Assembly (NCBI GenBank): GCA_047602405.1
Contig: JASGHJ010000002.1
Coordinates: 1,824,001-1,888,000 of the forward strand
Reading direction: 5' to 3'
Length of the DNA: 64,000 nt
Source: Anaeromyxobacteraceae bacterium
GTDB taxonomy: Bacteria > Myxococcota > Myxococcia > Myxococcales > Anaeromyxobacteraceae
Under the pieces are notes generated by a model. That model was not told the DNA's origin. It worked only from the letters and a program-made list of their open reading frames with translations, and did no database searches. Made by a program: the position numbers and the translations under genes. Positions 42,225 through 54,064 of this stretch are shown piece by piece; within the stretch, counting starts at the first letter, position 1; each line of letters begins with the position of its first letter.

Positions 42225-44770
42225 CGCGCGGCGCGCTCGGCTCGGCCGCGCTCGCGGCGGCGCTCGCGCTCGCGGGCTGCGACGTGACGTACCCGTGGAC
42301 CTCGAAGACGACGCCGCGTCCCCGGGTCGCGGTCTCGATGCCGAGCATCGACCTCACGCTCGGCGTCGACGTGCTGCAGCCGGAGCCGCTGACGTTCCGC
42401 ATCTCCGACACTCCGGTCCACGCCTGGTTGGAGGCGGAAGCCGCCTTCCACCTCGCCTCCGAGGCCGTCTTCGCCTCCACCGATCTCGTGATCGCGCCCG
42501 CCGTGCCCGCCTCGCTCGGGCTCGGCCTGCACGAGGGGACGCTCTGGCTGCACGTCTACGTCCCGGTGGAGAGCAGCCTCGCCGAGGTGAAGGGCAGCCC
42601 GTTCCGCGTCCACTACGCGTACCTCGTGACGCCGCCGCCGCTCACCACCGCCACGACCTCGATCACGCTCACCGGGCCCGCCGGCGGGCCGGTGCTCGAG
42701 GCGACCGTCCAGCTCGACGGACCGTCCAGCGCAGGAGATTGGTCCGCGACGATCGAGCCGGCCGATCAGTCGCTCACGGTCTCACCGGAGTCCGGCGACA
42801 CGCTGCCCGCCACCCTCACGGTGCGCGCATCGGCCACCCCGGCCCGGCTCTTCACCGGAGAGCTGCGCCTGTGGCGGCGCGGCAGCACCACCCGGATCCC
42901 GCTCACCGTCGCCGTGCGCCCGCCACCGCTCGTGGCGCCCGCGGCGCCGGTCGGGCTGAGCGTCGTCCACGGGCGCGAGGGCGGGGTACCGGATCTGACC
43001 TTCGAGGTCGGCACGAGCACCGGCGCGCCCTGCGCCATCCGCGGGTACTTCACCACCGACCCACAGGGCCCGTCGGGTTGGTTCGGCGCGCTCCAGCTTC
43101 CCGCGAATGCGCCCGGCACGGTCCGGCTGCGCATGAGCGGCGCGGATGCACCCGGGACCTTCAGAGGCACGATCGTCGTCGAACCGCTCGACTGCCTCGG
43201 CGGTCCACTGGTCATCCCGGTCGACCTCGTCCTGAAGGACGGAGCGATCTCCTTCCCGACCTACCGCCTCTTCTACATGCTGAACCTGGCCTCGCCAGCC
43301 GCGGCGGCGGTGCGCAGCATCCCCGTGACGTCGAGTGTCCCCGGGACGGCCATCTCCGTGGCACTCGAGAAGGGGTTCCTGACCGAGCAGCCCTGGCTCA
43401 TCGCGACCCCCGCCTCGGCGGTCCCCGCCCCGGCGATCACGCTCGAGGTGAAGGTCGACCCTGCCGCGCTCTCCTCCGGCGTCCAGGGCAACGCGGACAT
43501 GTCCGTGGCCGTCTCCTGGCACGAGCCGGATGGGGCCGCCGTCACGCGTCGCATCCCTGTGGGCCGGTTCACGTACTTCCCCGCGCCCACGGTCGTCGAG
43601 CCTCCCGCCGTCGCAGCCGGGCCCGTCACCGTGGGCGGCGAGGACGTGCCTTGTGACATCGCGAACCCGGTGATGTTCGGTGACTCAGCCGCCGTCGCGA
43701 TGAGCTGTCTCTACCCGGGCACCGTCCGCGCGACCCCACCGGCGCTGCCTCCCGGCGACTACCCGGTCTGGCTCGGCAACGCCGTCGGGGTGCGCCGCGA
43801 AGGCGCGCGTGTGACCTTGCTCGCCCCCGCGCCGCGCGCCGCGGCCTCCTGGCCGACCCCCGGCCGCACCACCCGCGTGTTCTTCGACGAACGCCGGCGC
43901 GCGCTCTACACGATTCACCCGGATGCGGGGAAGCTGGTGCGTCGGCTCGAGGCCGGCGGCTGGGCCGCCGAGGATCTCACCCTGTCCGGCCTGAGGGACG
44001 CGGCCCTGGATTCGGGCGGGACACGCCTGATCGCGTTCACCGGCACCGGCGTACGCAGCGTGGATCCGGTGACGCTCGCAGTCGCGGACGCCGCCTACCC
44101 GGGCGATCCGGTCGACCCCTCGGCGGGCACCTGGGACTGGACGCTCGCGCCCTCGATCTTCGGGCACACGCTGGCCATCCCGGGCGAGGCGGCGGCATGC
44201 GGCACGGGAGGCTGCACGTCGTACATGGTGCTCGGCGGCAGCGCCGGCTGGGCCATCTGGCGCTACCGCCCGTTCACGGGGGCGGTCACGGCGCCCTCCG
44301 GGGACCTCACCCGGACCCTGGTGGCCAGCCGGGCCTCCTCCGGGCCCGCGCTTCTCTTCAAGTACGACGAACTCTCCGGGAGCGAGGTGCCGGGCCTCTC
44401 CCTCGACGCGAGCGCCCTCGCGCTCGACCGCCTCGGCACGCGGATCCTGGCGCTCGCAGCCGGGCCCTCCGGGACGTCCACGCGCCTCCTCACCGAGGCC
44501 TACGCGGACGTGCCGGGCGCCCTGCCCACCTCCACCGAGGCGGCGCTCCTCGTCGCCGACGGGACGCGCGCGATCACCTTCGACGGCGCGGCCCGGACGG
44601 TCCGCGTCTTCGACCTCGCGGCGCCGCTCGACGCGGGCACGTTCCACGAGGCCGCGTCCGCCTCGCTCGTGGCCGATCCGGGCGCCGGGGTGGTGCTGGC
44701 GCTCTCCGGCGACGAGCGCACGCTCTTCGTCGCGGGCGACGCTCGCCTCGTGGTGGTCCCGCTGCCGTGA
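42221..44770 (+). CDS. Large lipoprotein with Ig/BACON/IPT-like domains and C-terminal beta-propeller
   Basis: Lipobox LAGC; beta-rich repeats; propeller-like C-terminus; atypical codon usage. Confidence 0.7.
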   Translation: MTRGALGSAALAAALALAGCDVTYPWTSKTTPRPRVAVSMPSIDLTLGVDVLQPEPLTFRISDTPVHAWLEAEAAFHLASEAVFASTDLVIAPAVPASLGLGLHEGTLWLHVYVPVESSLAEVKGSPFRVHYAYLVTPPPLTTATTSITLTGPAGGPVLEATVQLDGPSSAGDWSATIEPADQSLTVSPESGDTLPATLTVRASATPARLFTGELRLWRRGSTTRIPLTVAVRPPPLVAPAAPVGLSVVHGREGGVPDLTFEVGTSTGAPCAIRGYFTTDPQGPSGWFGALQLPANAPGTVRLRMSGADAPGTFRGTIVVEPLDCLGGPLVIPVDLVLKDGAISFPTYRLFYMLNLASPAAAAVRSIPVTSSVPGTAISVALEKGFLTEQPWLIATPASAVPAPAITLEVKVDPAALSSGVQGNADMSVAVSWHEPDGAAVTRRIPVGRFTYFPAPTVVEPPAVAAGPVTVGGEDVPCDIANPVMFGDSAAVAMSCLYPGTVRATPPALPPGDYPVWLGNAVGVRREGARVTLLAPAPRAAASWPTPGRTTRVFFDERRRALYTIHPDAGKLVRRLEAGGWAAEDLTLSGLRDAALDSGGTRLIAFTGTGVRSVDPVTLAVADAAYPGDPVDPSAGTWDWTLAPSIFGHTLAIPGEAAACGTGGCTSYMVLGGSAGWAIWRYRPFTGAVTAPSGDLTRTLVASRASSGPALLFKYDELSGSEVPGLSLDASALALDRLGTRILALAAGPSGTSTRLLTEAYADVPGALPTSTEAALLVADGTRAITFDGAARTVRVFDLAAPLDAGTFHEAASASLVADPGAGVVLALSGDERTLFVAGDARLVVVPLP

Positions 44771-45033
44771 AGGCCCGCAAGCGCGCCTGGCGCGTCTACA
44801 TCGTCCGCTGCGCGGACGGCTCGCTCTACACGGGCTGCACGAACGATCTCGCGCGCCGCGTCGCGGCGCACTCGGCGGGCAAGGGCGCGCGCTACACGCG
44901 GTCGCGTCGGCCGGTGGTGCTGGTCTGGTCGGCGCGCGCGAAGGACCGGAGCGCCGCGCTGCGGCGCGAGGCACGGCTGAAGCTGCTCACCCGGGCGGAG
45001 AAGCTCGCGCTCGTGGCGGGCGCGCGGCGCTGA
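44767..45033 (+). CDS. GIY-YIG nuclease family protein (YhbQ/YazA-like)
   Basis: VYIVRCADGSLYTGCTNDLARR...GARYTRSRRPV...EARLK. Confidence 0.88.
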   Translation: MKARKRAWRVYIVRCADGSLYTGCTNDLARRVAAHSAGKGARYTRSRRPVVLVWSARAKDRSAALRREARLKLLTRAEKLALVAGARR

Positions 45034-45100
45034 CGGTGTCGCGGGCGGGCCGGACGAACCTCCACCAAGGGTAGGTGAAGGCTGCTAGGGTGGGAACCGC

Positions 45101-45872
45101 ATGCGCGCCCTCGGTCCCCTCGCGCTCTGCGCGATCCTCGCCTCGGCCTGCCGGGAGGACCCCGCCCCCGCCCCCGCCCCCGCGCGACCGGTCCCGGCCT
45201 ACGCCGGCGTGGAGATCCGCACGAGCAGCGAGGCCCCGATCGTCCTCCGCTCGAGCACGGTGCCGCGCGACGCATCCCGTCTCGACGACGGGTGGATCCG
45301 CCTGTACGCGAACGGTGCGGACGCCCCGGACGGCGAGCTCCTCCTGAACGGCGTCGCGGTGCCGAAGAGGCCGGACACCTCCCTTCCCATCTGGGACGCC
45401 GCCGGGCTCGAGGTGCCGGGCGCCGGCCCTGGCTCGACGCTCGTGCTGGACGCGAAGGTGGGCGAGCTCACCGGGCGGCACGTCTTCGACTGCCCGCCCG
45501 CGGTGTCGAATCTCAATCTCGCCCGACCCGATGGTGCCTGGCCAGCCGGTCACCATCCGCTGGACGGGCGAGCTCTGGTGGAACGGACCGCTCTCGATCG
45601 CCCCCGACCCCGAGGTCGCGATCTGCTACGTGGGGAAGCCCGAGTACGAGTGGGTGGTCTCGTGCAGCACGGCGTGGACGGTCCCCGCCCGCGACGTGTC
45701 GGAGGTCACGCTCGTGCCCCCGATCAGCTACCAGGGGGACGGGTACGCCATCCAGGTCGACATCCCTGGGCGGCTCACGCAGGCGCAGTACCCCGCGCCC
45801 CCGGAGCTGCACTGGCACAGCGGGGAGTGCGTCCTGCGGCAGGTCGTGCCGGTCGCGTCGGTCCCGCCGTGA
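45101..45872 (+). CDS. Hypothetical lipoprotein; probable frameshift at 45508-45512
   Basis: Lipobox-like LASAC; removing one A joins to PDPMVPGQPVTIRW frame ending 45872. Confidence 0.6.
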
Positions 45873-46025
45873 GGCCGCATCAGCAGCCCCCCGGCTCGAA
45901 CGACGTGTTCCAGGCCACGAGCCCCTCGCGGCCGTAGACCTTCTGGACCTCGATGCGCAGGCCCGGCACGAGGTGCTGCTGGCGCGCCTCGACCGGGCGT
46001 GAGAGCCCGTGGCGCGGCCGAGGGT

Positions 46026-46631
46026 TCACACCCGCCGATACTCGATGTAGCGGGCGGTCTCCTCGGCGACTTCCTTCCCGCACACGCGCTCGACGATCCG
46101 GAACGCCATGTCGATGCCGGCGGACACGCCGGCGGAGGTCACGACGCCGTCCTCGACGAACCGGGCGCCGCGCTCGACGGTGATGGTCGGGTCGAGCGAG
46201 GCGAGGAGGTCGAGCGAGGCCCAGTGCGTGGTGGCCCGCTTGCCGGCGAGCAGGCCGGCCTTCGCGTACAGGAGCGCGCCGGTGCAGACCGAGGTGACGA
46301 GGTCCGCCTTCGCGGCCGTCGCGCGGATCCAGTCGAGCATCGGCGCATCGTTCAGGAGCGTCCGGGTGCCGAAGCCGCCCGGGACGACGAGGAGGTCAAT
46401 GTGCGGCGCGTCCTTGAAGCCGTGGCGCGGCACCACCTCGAGGTCGCCGGTGGCGCGGACGGGCGCCCGCGTGGCGGCCACGGTGAACACGTCGAAGGGC
46501 GCCGAGTCGTAGGTGCGGCGGGAGTCGGTGCCCGGCACGGTCCGCGTCCGGGAGAACACCTCGAACGGGCCCGCGAAGTCGAGGACCTCGACGTTGTCGA
46601 ACACCAGGATCCCGGTCCGCAGCCGCTCCAT
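46026..46631 (-). CDS. DJ-1/PfpI family protein
   Basis: EVLDFAGPFEVF, VPGG.GTR, SVCTGA, TSAGVSAGID. Confidence 0.9.
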   Translation of the reverse strand: MERLRTGILVFDNVEVLDFAGPFEVFSRTRTVPGTDSRRTYDSAPFDVFTVAATRAPVRATGDLEVVPRHGFKDAPHIDLLVVPGGFGTRTLLNDAPMLDWIRATAAKADLVTSVCTGALLYAKAGLLAGKRATTHWASLDLLASLDPTITVERGARFVEDGVVTSAGVSAGIDMAFRIVERVCGKEVAEETARYIEYRRV

Positions 46632-46640
46632 CGCGTACCC

Positions 46641-47958
46641 CTAGGCCATCTGCAGGAAGAAGCAGGCTCGGGTCCTCGAGGTGCTTGATGACCTCGTAGC
46701 AGAACGCCGCCGCCTCGTGGCCGTCGATGACCCGGTGGTCGCAGGTGATGGATACGTTCATCATCTGGCGGACGACGATCTGCCCGCCCCGCACGACCGG
46801 GGTCTCGCGCATCCGGTAGAGCCCGAGGATCGAGACCTCCGGGTAGTTGATCACCGGGGTCGCGAACATGCCGCCGAGCGCGCCCAGGCTGGTGATCGTG
46901 AAGGTCGAGCGGCCCATGTCCTCCGGGCGCATCCGGCCGGCCTTCGAGTCGGCGGCGAGCCGCTCGATCTCCCGGGCGAGCTCGACGATGGTGCGGCGGT
47001 CCACGCCGCGCACGACCGGCACGACGAGGCCGGCGTCGGTCGCCGAGGCGAGCCCGAGGTCCCAGCGCCGGTGCAGGACGAGCTCGTGCTTCTCGTCGTC
47101 CATGGTGGCGTTGAGCTTCGGGAAGCGGCGCAGCGCGGCCACCACCGCCTTCATCACGAAGGGCAGGAACGTGACCTTCACGCCCTCCCCCTTCGCGGCG
47201 GCGGCGAGCTTCTCGCGGACCTTCACGAGCTCGGTGACGTCGCACTGCTCGACGAAGGTGAAGTGGGCGGCGGTGTGCGTCGAGCGCGCCATGTTCTCGG
47301 CGATGCGCTTGCGCAGGCCCTTCAGCGGCATGCGCTCGTCCGGCCCGGCCTGCACCGGCGGGAGCGGCGCGCGCACGGGCGCCGGCTGCTCGGCGGGGGC
47401 GGCCCACGCCGAGTGCTGCACCTCGTTCTTGCCGTGGCCGTTCGTGCCGCCGCGGGCGGCGAGGAGGTCGTCCTTCGTGACCCGCCCGCCCTGCCCCGTG
47501 CCCGGGACCACCTGGAGGTCCACGCCGAGCTCGCGCGCCATGGCGCGGACCGCGGGCGTGGCGAGGGCCTTCTGGCCGGGCGGCCTGCCCCCGGCGCCCT
47601 GAGGTGCGCCGGCACCGGCGCCGGGAGGCCGCATCGGGACCACCGGCGCGGGCGCCGCCCCGGCACCGGCGGGCGCGGCGGCGGCCTTCGCGGCCGGCGC
47701 GGACGCGGCGGCGGCCGAGCCCTCCACCTCGAGCTCCACGAGCGGCGCGTGCACCTTCGCGATGTCGCCGACCTTCCAGAACAGCTGGACCACCTTGCCG
47801 CGCTTCGGCGACGGGATGGTCACGGTCGCCTTGTCGGTCATGACCTCGACGAGCGGCTGGTCCTCGACCACCGCGTCGCCGGGCTTCACGAACCACTGCT
47901 GGACCTCGGCCTCGACGACGCCCTCGCCGATGTCCGGGAGCTCGAGCTTGTAACTCAT
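46641..47958 (-). CDS. Dihydrolipoamide acyltransferase (E2) of 2-oxoacid dehydrogenase; probable frameshift at 46656-46663 just before stop
   Basis: EVMTDKA lipoyl motif, ATPAVR..AR E3-binding domain, DHRVIDG catalytic motif; restored end DPSLLFLQMA*. Confidence 0.92.
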
Positions 47959-47968
47959 GGTGTGGCTC

Positions 47969-48943
<975 letters not shown>

Positions 48944-48970
48944 GGCACTCTCCCCGGTCGGCGGTGGCTG

Positions 48971-50185
48971 CTACTCGTTGTGGCGCGGGTTCGCGACGCG
49001 CGGGTCGTCGGCCATGGCGGCCTCGAGCTCGGCGAGCTGCTCGCGCAGCTGCGGGGTCGGCTCGGCGTACACGTCCTCGAAGAGCGACTCGACCGGCGGC
49101 TTCGCCGGGTGGGCCTCGGACTCCTTCAGCGCCCGCTGGATCTCGTCGCGGATCGTGGCGCGCATCGCCTCGTCGGCGGCGTCGTCGAGGACGCCCCTCG
49201 CGCGCAGGTACTTCTTCATCCGCTGGATGGGGTCCTTGCGGCGCCACGGCTCCACGAGGTCCGCGGGGCGGTAGGCGCGCGGGTCGTCGGAGGTCGAGTG
49301 GCCCTCGACGCGGTACGTGACGCACTCGAGGAGCGTCGGGCCCTCGCCGCGGGCGCCGCGGGCGCGGGCGCGCACCGTCGCGGCGTGCACGGCGAGGAGG
49401 TCGTTGCCGTCGACGCGCTCGCCGTGGATGCCGTAGGCGATCGCCTTCTGCGCGAAGGTCTCCGAGCCGGTCTGCTTCTCGCGGGGGAGCGAGATGGCCC
49501 ACCCGTTGTTGCGGCAGACGAAGACGACGCCGGACTTCCGGACCGAGGCGAAGTTGACGCCGGTGTGGAAGTCGTTCGCGGAGGTGGCGCCCTCGCCGAA
49601 GTAGACGACCGGCACCATCGCCTCGCCCCGGAGCCGCGCGGCCCAGGCGGTGCCCACCGCCTGGGGCACCTGGGTCGCGATCGGCGAGCTGATCGAGACG
49701 TAGCGCCCCGCCGCGTACGCCTCGTGGCAGGGCATCTGGCGGCCCTTGCCGAGGTCGGCGGCGTTGCGGAAGAGGTCGTTCATGAAGGTGACGAGCGGCA
49801 TGCCGCGGAGCAGCGCCGCGCCGTGCTCGCGGTAGCACGGGAAGATCCAGTCGCCGTCGGCCATGGCCGCGGCGGTGCCCCACACCGTGGCCTCCTCGCC
49901 GATGGAGCCGATGTAGAAGCCGATGCGGCCCTGGCGCTGGAGCGTGATCATCCGCTCGTCGAGCGTGCGGTTGAGCACCATGCCCCGGTACAGCTCGAGC
50001 GCCCTCGCGTCCGGGAGCGTCACCTCGGAGGGATCGACGAGCACCCCACCCTCGTCGTCGAGGACGCGGTAGAGCGGGAACTCGTCCGTCCAGCGCCCGG
50101 CCTCGGCGGACGGGCCGGGCGCGGGTGCGCCCTTGTCCTTGCGGTGCCGCGTCGATACGGGACCCACGTCGTGCTCTCGGCGCAT
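48971..50185 (-). CDS. 2-oxoacid dehydrogenase E1 alpha (branched-chain type likely)
   Basis: LQRQGRIGFY, GRQMPCH, FGEGATS...NNGWAIS TPP motif, HSTSDD. Confidence 0.93.
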   Translation of the reverse strand: MRREHDVGPVSTRHRKDKGAPAPGPSAEAGRWTDEFPLYRVLDDEGGVLVDPSEVTLPDARALELYRGMVLNRTLDERMITLQRQGRIGFYIGSIGEEATVWGTAAAMADGDWIFPCYREHGAALLRGMPLVTFMNDLFRNAADLGKGRQMPCHEAYAAGRYVSISSPIATQVPQAVGTAWAARLRGEAMVPVVYFGEGATSANDFHTGVNFASVRKSGVVFVCRNNGWAISLPREKQTGSETFAQKAIAYGIHGERVDGNDLLAVHAATVRARARGARGEGPTLLECVTYRVEGHSTSDDPRAYRPADLVEPWRRKDPIQRMKKYLRARGVLDDAADEAMRATIRDEIQRALKESEAHPAKPPVESLFEDVYAEPTPQLREQLAELEAAMADDPRVANPRHNE

Positions 50186-50195
50186 GGAGGACTCC

Positions 50196-51212
50196 CTACG
50201 GGACCGGCGAGGGCGCTGCGGCGCTGCGCTCTCGGCGTGAGGCGATCTCGCCGCGGAGGAACAGCTCCGCGGCGCGGTAGCTCGAGCGGACGAGCGGCCC
50301 GCTCGCGACGTAGCGGAAGCCGAGCGCCTTGCCGGCCTGCTCGAAGGCCCGGAAGCGCTCGGGCCGGACGTACTCGACGACGGGCAGGTGCCAGGCGCTC
50401 GGGCGGAGGTACTGGCCGAGCGTGAGGATCTCGACGCCGTGGGCGCGGAGGTCGCGCATCGCCTCGGCGATCTCCTCGTCGGTCTCGCCGAGCCCGACCA
50501 TGATCGACGACTTCGTCACGATGGACGGGAACTCCGCCTTCATGCGGGCGAGCACCCCGAGCGTCTGATCGTAGCTCGCCCGCGCGTCCCGGACGGCGGG
50601 GGTGAGGCGCCGCACGGTCTCGAGGTTGTTCGCGAAGACGTGCGGCGCGGCGCGGCCCACGGTGCGCACCGCGTCCGCGTCGCCGCGGAAGTCCGGGGTC
50701 AGCACCTCGACGAGGAGGTCCGGGATCCCGCGCAGCCGTCGGATGGCGTCGGCGAAGTGCGCGGCGCCGCCGTCGGGGAGGTCGTCCCGGTCGACGCTGG
50801 TCACGACGATGTAGTCGAGGCCGAGCGTCGCGATGGCCTCGGCGAGGTGGCGCGGCTCGTCGGGGTCGAGGGCGGGCGGGCGCGCGGCGGTCTTCACGTT
50901 GCAGAAGCGGCAGCCGCGGGTGCAGACGTCGCCCATCAGCATCACCGTCGCGGTCCCGCCGCCCCAGCACTCCGCCACGTTGGGACAGTGCGCCTCGGCG
51001 CAGACGGTGTGCAGCTTGAGGCCCCGCAGGGTCTCCTTCACCTTCTGGTACCGCTCCCCGCCTGGCACGTCGACGCGCAGCCAGGAGGGCTTGCGCGCGT
51101 CGCGCGGCAGCCCACGTTCGCGGAGGTCCTGGGCGATCTCCCGCCGGCTCGTGGGCAGGCTGGTGGAGTCGCCCGCGAGGACCGGCAGGCTGGAGCGAAT
51201 GGAATCGTCCAT
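50196..51212 (-). CDS. lipA: Lipoyl synthase
   Basis: [24 protein letters not shown] motifs. Confidence 0.96.
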   Translation of the reverse strand: MDDSIRSSLPVLAGDSTSLPTSRREIAQDLRERGLPRDARKPSWLRVDVPGGERYQKVKETLRGLKLHTVCAEAHCPNVAECWGGGTATVMLMGDVCTRGCRFCNVKTAARPPALDPDEPRHLAEAIATLGLDYIVVTSVDRDDLPDGGAAHFADAIRRLRGIPDLLVEVLTPDFRGDADAVRTVGRAAPHVFANNLETVRRLTPAVRDARASYDQTLGVLARMKAEFPSIVTKSSIMVGLGETDEEIAEAMRDLRAHGVEILTLGQYLRPSAWHLPVVEYVRPERFRAFEQAGKALGFRYVASGPLVRSSYRAAELFLRGEIASRRERSAAAPSPVP

Positions 51213-51401
51213 GGGATCGCGCCCGATTTAGCGATGGAATCCTTCGGGGTCAAGCAGCGGACGCCCCCGCCCCCTCAGGTGCGGGGAAGCGTGGGACAGG
51301 ACGGCTACGAGGGGAGCCGCGGCTCGCATGCTATACTGCCGCCTCCCCCTTTAGGGTTGCCCTTCTCGCCGTCCTCTCGCGGGGTTCCAGCACCTCAGGA
51401 C

Positions 51402-52481
51402 ATGTCCGAGCAGACCACCACCACCGAACCCACGCGCATCCTCATCGTCGACGACGACACCGCGGTGCGGGACGTCATCAGCGTGCTCCTCCGGGAGGAG
51501 GGCTACGCCTGCACCTCCGTGAACTCGGCCGAGGCCGCCCTCGACGCAGCGCGACAGACCGAGTACCCGCTCGTCATCAGCGACGTGCGCATGCCGGGCA
51601 AGGACGGCTTCTGGCTGCTCGACCGCGTGCGCGAGTCCTACCCGGACACCGCGGTCATCATGCTGACCGCCTACGGCGACACCGAGGCGGCCGTCGAGTG
51701 CCTGCGGAACGGCGCCGCCGACTACCTCCTCAAGCCGCCGAAGGTCACCGACCTCATCCGCGCCATCGAGCGGGCCCTGGGGCGCCGCCGGCTCGAGCTC
51801 GCCCGGCACCGCTACCGGCGCAGCCTCGAGAACCGCGTCCGCGAGAAGACGGCCGAGCTCTCGAAGACCCTCCACGACCTCGAGAACACCTACTCCCAGA
51901 CCCTCTGGTCGCTCGTGCTCGCGCTCGACGCCCGGGAGCACGAGACCGGCGACCACTCGCAGCGGGTCGTCCGCTACACGCTCGCGATCGCCCGCCGGCT
52001 CGGGATCACCGAGAAGGACCTGCCTGACATCGGCCGCGGCGCCCTGCTCCACGACATCGGCAAGATCGGCGTGCCGGACGCCATCCTCCTGAAGCCCGGC
52101 AAGCTGACGCCGGAGGAGTGGACCGAGATGCGCCGGCACCCGCACATCGGCCACTCCATCCTGCGGAGCATCGACTTCCTCGACGTGCCCGCCGAGATCG
52201 TGCTCTGCCATCAGGAGCGGTTCGACGGCCGGGGCTACCCCCGGGGCCTCTCCGGGGAGGCCATCCCGGTGGGCGCCCGGATCTTCGCCATCGCCGACAC
52301 CTTCGACGCGATGACGAACGACCGCCCCTACCGCAAGGGCCAGGGCATCGAGGCCGCCCGGGCGGAGATCGCCCGCTATGCCGGCACCCAGTTCGACCCC
52401 CGTGCGGCCGAGGCCTTCCTGTCGATGACCGACCGGGACATCGCAGAGATCTCCAAGCCCTCGCAGAAGCCGCCGATCTAG
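51402..52481 (+). CDS. Response regulator with HD-GYP cyclic-dinucleotide phosphodiesterase domain
   Basis: ILIVDDD REC; HDIGKIG; HQERFDGRGYP. Confidence 0.92.
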   Translation: MSEQTTTTEPTRILIVDDDTAVRDVISVLLREEGYACTSVNSAEAALDAARQTEYPLVISDVRMPGKDGFWLLDRVRESYPDTAVIMLTAYGDTEAAVECLRNGAADYLLKPPKVTDLIRAIERALGRRRLELARHRYRRSLENRVREKTAELSKTLHDLENTYSQTLWSLVLALDAREHETGDHSQRVVRYTLAIARRLGITEKDLPDIGRGALLHDIGKIGVPDAILLKPGKLTPEEWTEMRRHPHIGHSILRSIDFLDVPAEIVLCHQERFDGRGYPRGLSGEAIPVGARIFAIADTFDAMTNDRPYRKGQGIEAARAEIARYAGTQFDPRAAEAFLSMTDRDIAEISKPSQKPPI

Positions 52482-52576
52482 GGGTCCCGGCGGCCCGGCC
52501 GGGCCGACCCGAACACAAGGTGAACCCGCACTCTTTTCGCCGCGCCGCCCCGTGCGCGCGGGGGTCCTATTCTGTT

Positions 52577-53599
52577 ATGGGACCCTCCGTGGCTACCCCG
52601 GACAACAGCCCGCCGAGCGGCACCGGTCGCGAGCGCCTCGTCGACGCCCAGGGCCGTCAGATCCGCTACCTGCGCCTCTCGCTGACGGACCGCTGCAACT
52701 TCCGCTGCAGCTACTGCTCCCCGCTCGGCGTGGACGACCCGCGCGACGACCCGCTCACTCGCCCCGAGGCGGCGCGGCTGGTCGGGATCTTCGCGAAGCT
52801 CGGCGTCGAGCGCGTCCGCCTCACCGGCGGCGAGCCCACCCTCCGGCGCGACCTCGTCGACGTCGTGCGCGACATCTCGAGCACGCCGGGCATCGCCGAG
52901 GTGGCGATGACGACGAACGGCCAGTTCCTGTCGGAGCTGGCGGCGCCGCTCAAGGCGGCCGGCCTGACGCGCCTCAACGTCTCGCTCGACACGCTCGTGC
53001 CCGAGAAGCTGAAGAAGCTCTCCGGCAAGGCCGCGACCCTCGACCGGATCATGCGCGGCCTCGCCGCCGCGCAGCGCGAGGGCTTCGCGTCGATGAAAGT
53101 GAACGTGGTGGTCGTGAAGGGCGTGAACGACGACGAGCTCGCCGCCCTCGCCCGGTTCGCCTGGCAGCACGGCGCGACGCCGCGCTTCATCGAGCTCATG
53201 CCGTTCGGCGACGGCGAGCCCATCCCGACCGCCGAGGTGAAGAAGCTCCTCGAGGCGGGCGGCATCGCGCTCGACAAGGACGACACGCGCGGCTGGGGCC
53301 CGGCCTACCACATGCGCGGCCGCACCGCCGACGGCGCCACCGGGCTCGTGGGCTTCATCGGCGCGATGACCGAGAACTTCTGCGAGGGCTGCAACCGGGT
53401 CCGCGTGGGCGCCGACGGCTCGCTCCGCGCGTGCCTGGGCGGCCGCGACCGCGTGCCGCTCAAGGACTACCTGCGCAACGGGACGCCGGACGCGGAGATC
53501 GAGGAGAAGATCCGCACCGCGCTCATGCTGAAGCACCCGCACCACGAGATGGCGCCGGGCAAGAAGACGCTGCTGCCGATGATCGGGTACGGCGGGTAG
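52577..53599 (+). CDS. moaA: GTP 3',8-cyclase (molybdenum cofactor biosynthesis)
   Basis: YLRLSLTDRCNFRCSYC, FCEGCNRVR...CL, C-terminal GG. Confidence 0.93.
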   Translation: MGPSVATPDNSPPSGTGRERLVDAQGRQIRYLRLSLTDRCNFRCSYCSPLGVDDPRDDPLTRPEAARLVGIFAKLGVERVRLTGGEPTLRRDLVDVVRDISSTPGIAEVAMTTNGQFLSELAAPLKAAGLTRLNVSLDTLVPEKLKKLSGKAATLDRIMRGLAAAQREGFASMKVNVVVVKGVNDDELAALARFAWQHGATPRFIELMPFGDGEPIPTAEVKKLLEAGGIALDKDDTRGWGPAYHMRGRTADGATGLVGFIGAMTENFCEGCNRVRVGADGSLRACLGGRDRVPLKDYLRNGTPDAEIEEKIRTALMLKHPHHEMAPGKKTLLPMIGYGG

Positions 53600-53601
53600 A
53601 C

Positions 53602-53644
53602 CGTCTTCCACGCCGGCGCTTCGCGCCTGCGCTCGGGACGAGCG
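53602..53644 (-). repeat. REP-like palindromic element, copy 2
   Basis: Minus strand CGCTCGTCCCGAGCGCAG plus GGCGC-GAA-GCGCC hairpin, between convergent genes. Confidence 0.5.
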
Positions 53645-53647
53645 AGG

Positions 53648-54064
53648 CTACGCGGCGGCGCGGGGCTTCACGTTCGCGCGGATCCACTCGACGATCGCCT
53701 GGGTGGGCGAGCCGGGGAGGAACACCTCGGCGACGCCCTTCTCCTTCAGCTTCGGCACGTCGTCCTGCGGGATGATCCCGCCGCCGAACACCACCACGTC
53801 GCTCGCCTTCTGCTCCCGGAGGAGGTCGATGACGGCGGGGAAGAGCGTCATGTGGGCGCCGGACATGATCGAGAGGCCGATCGCGTCGACGTCCTCCTGG
53901 ATGGCCGCGGCGACGATCATCTCCGGGGTCTGGTGCAGCCCGGTGTAGATGACCTCGAAGCCGGCGTCGCGCAGCGCGCGGGCGATGATCTTCGCGCCGC
54001 GGTCGTGGCCGTCGAGCCCGGGCTTCGCGACGACGATGCGGAGGGGGCGCTGGGTCGAGGTCAT
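53648..54064 (-). CDS. icmB: Cobalamin-binding small subunit of acyl-CoA mutase
   Basis: [12 protein letters not shown] (DxHxxG), [14 protein letters not shown]; symbol inferred from partner subunit. Confidence 0.8.
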   Translation of the reverse strand: MTSTQRPLRIVVAKPGLDGHDRGAKIIARALRDAGFEVIYTGLHQTPEMIVAAAIQEDVDAIGLSIMSGAHMTLFPAVIDLLREQKASDVVVFGGGIIPQDDVPKLKEKGVAEVFLPGSPTQAIVEWIRANVKPRAAA

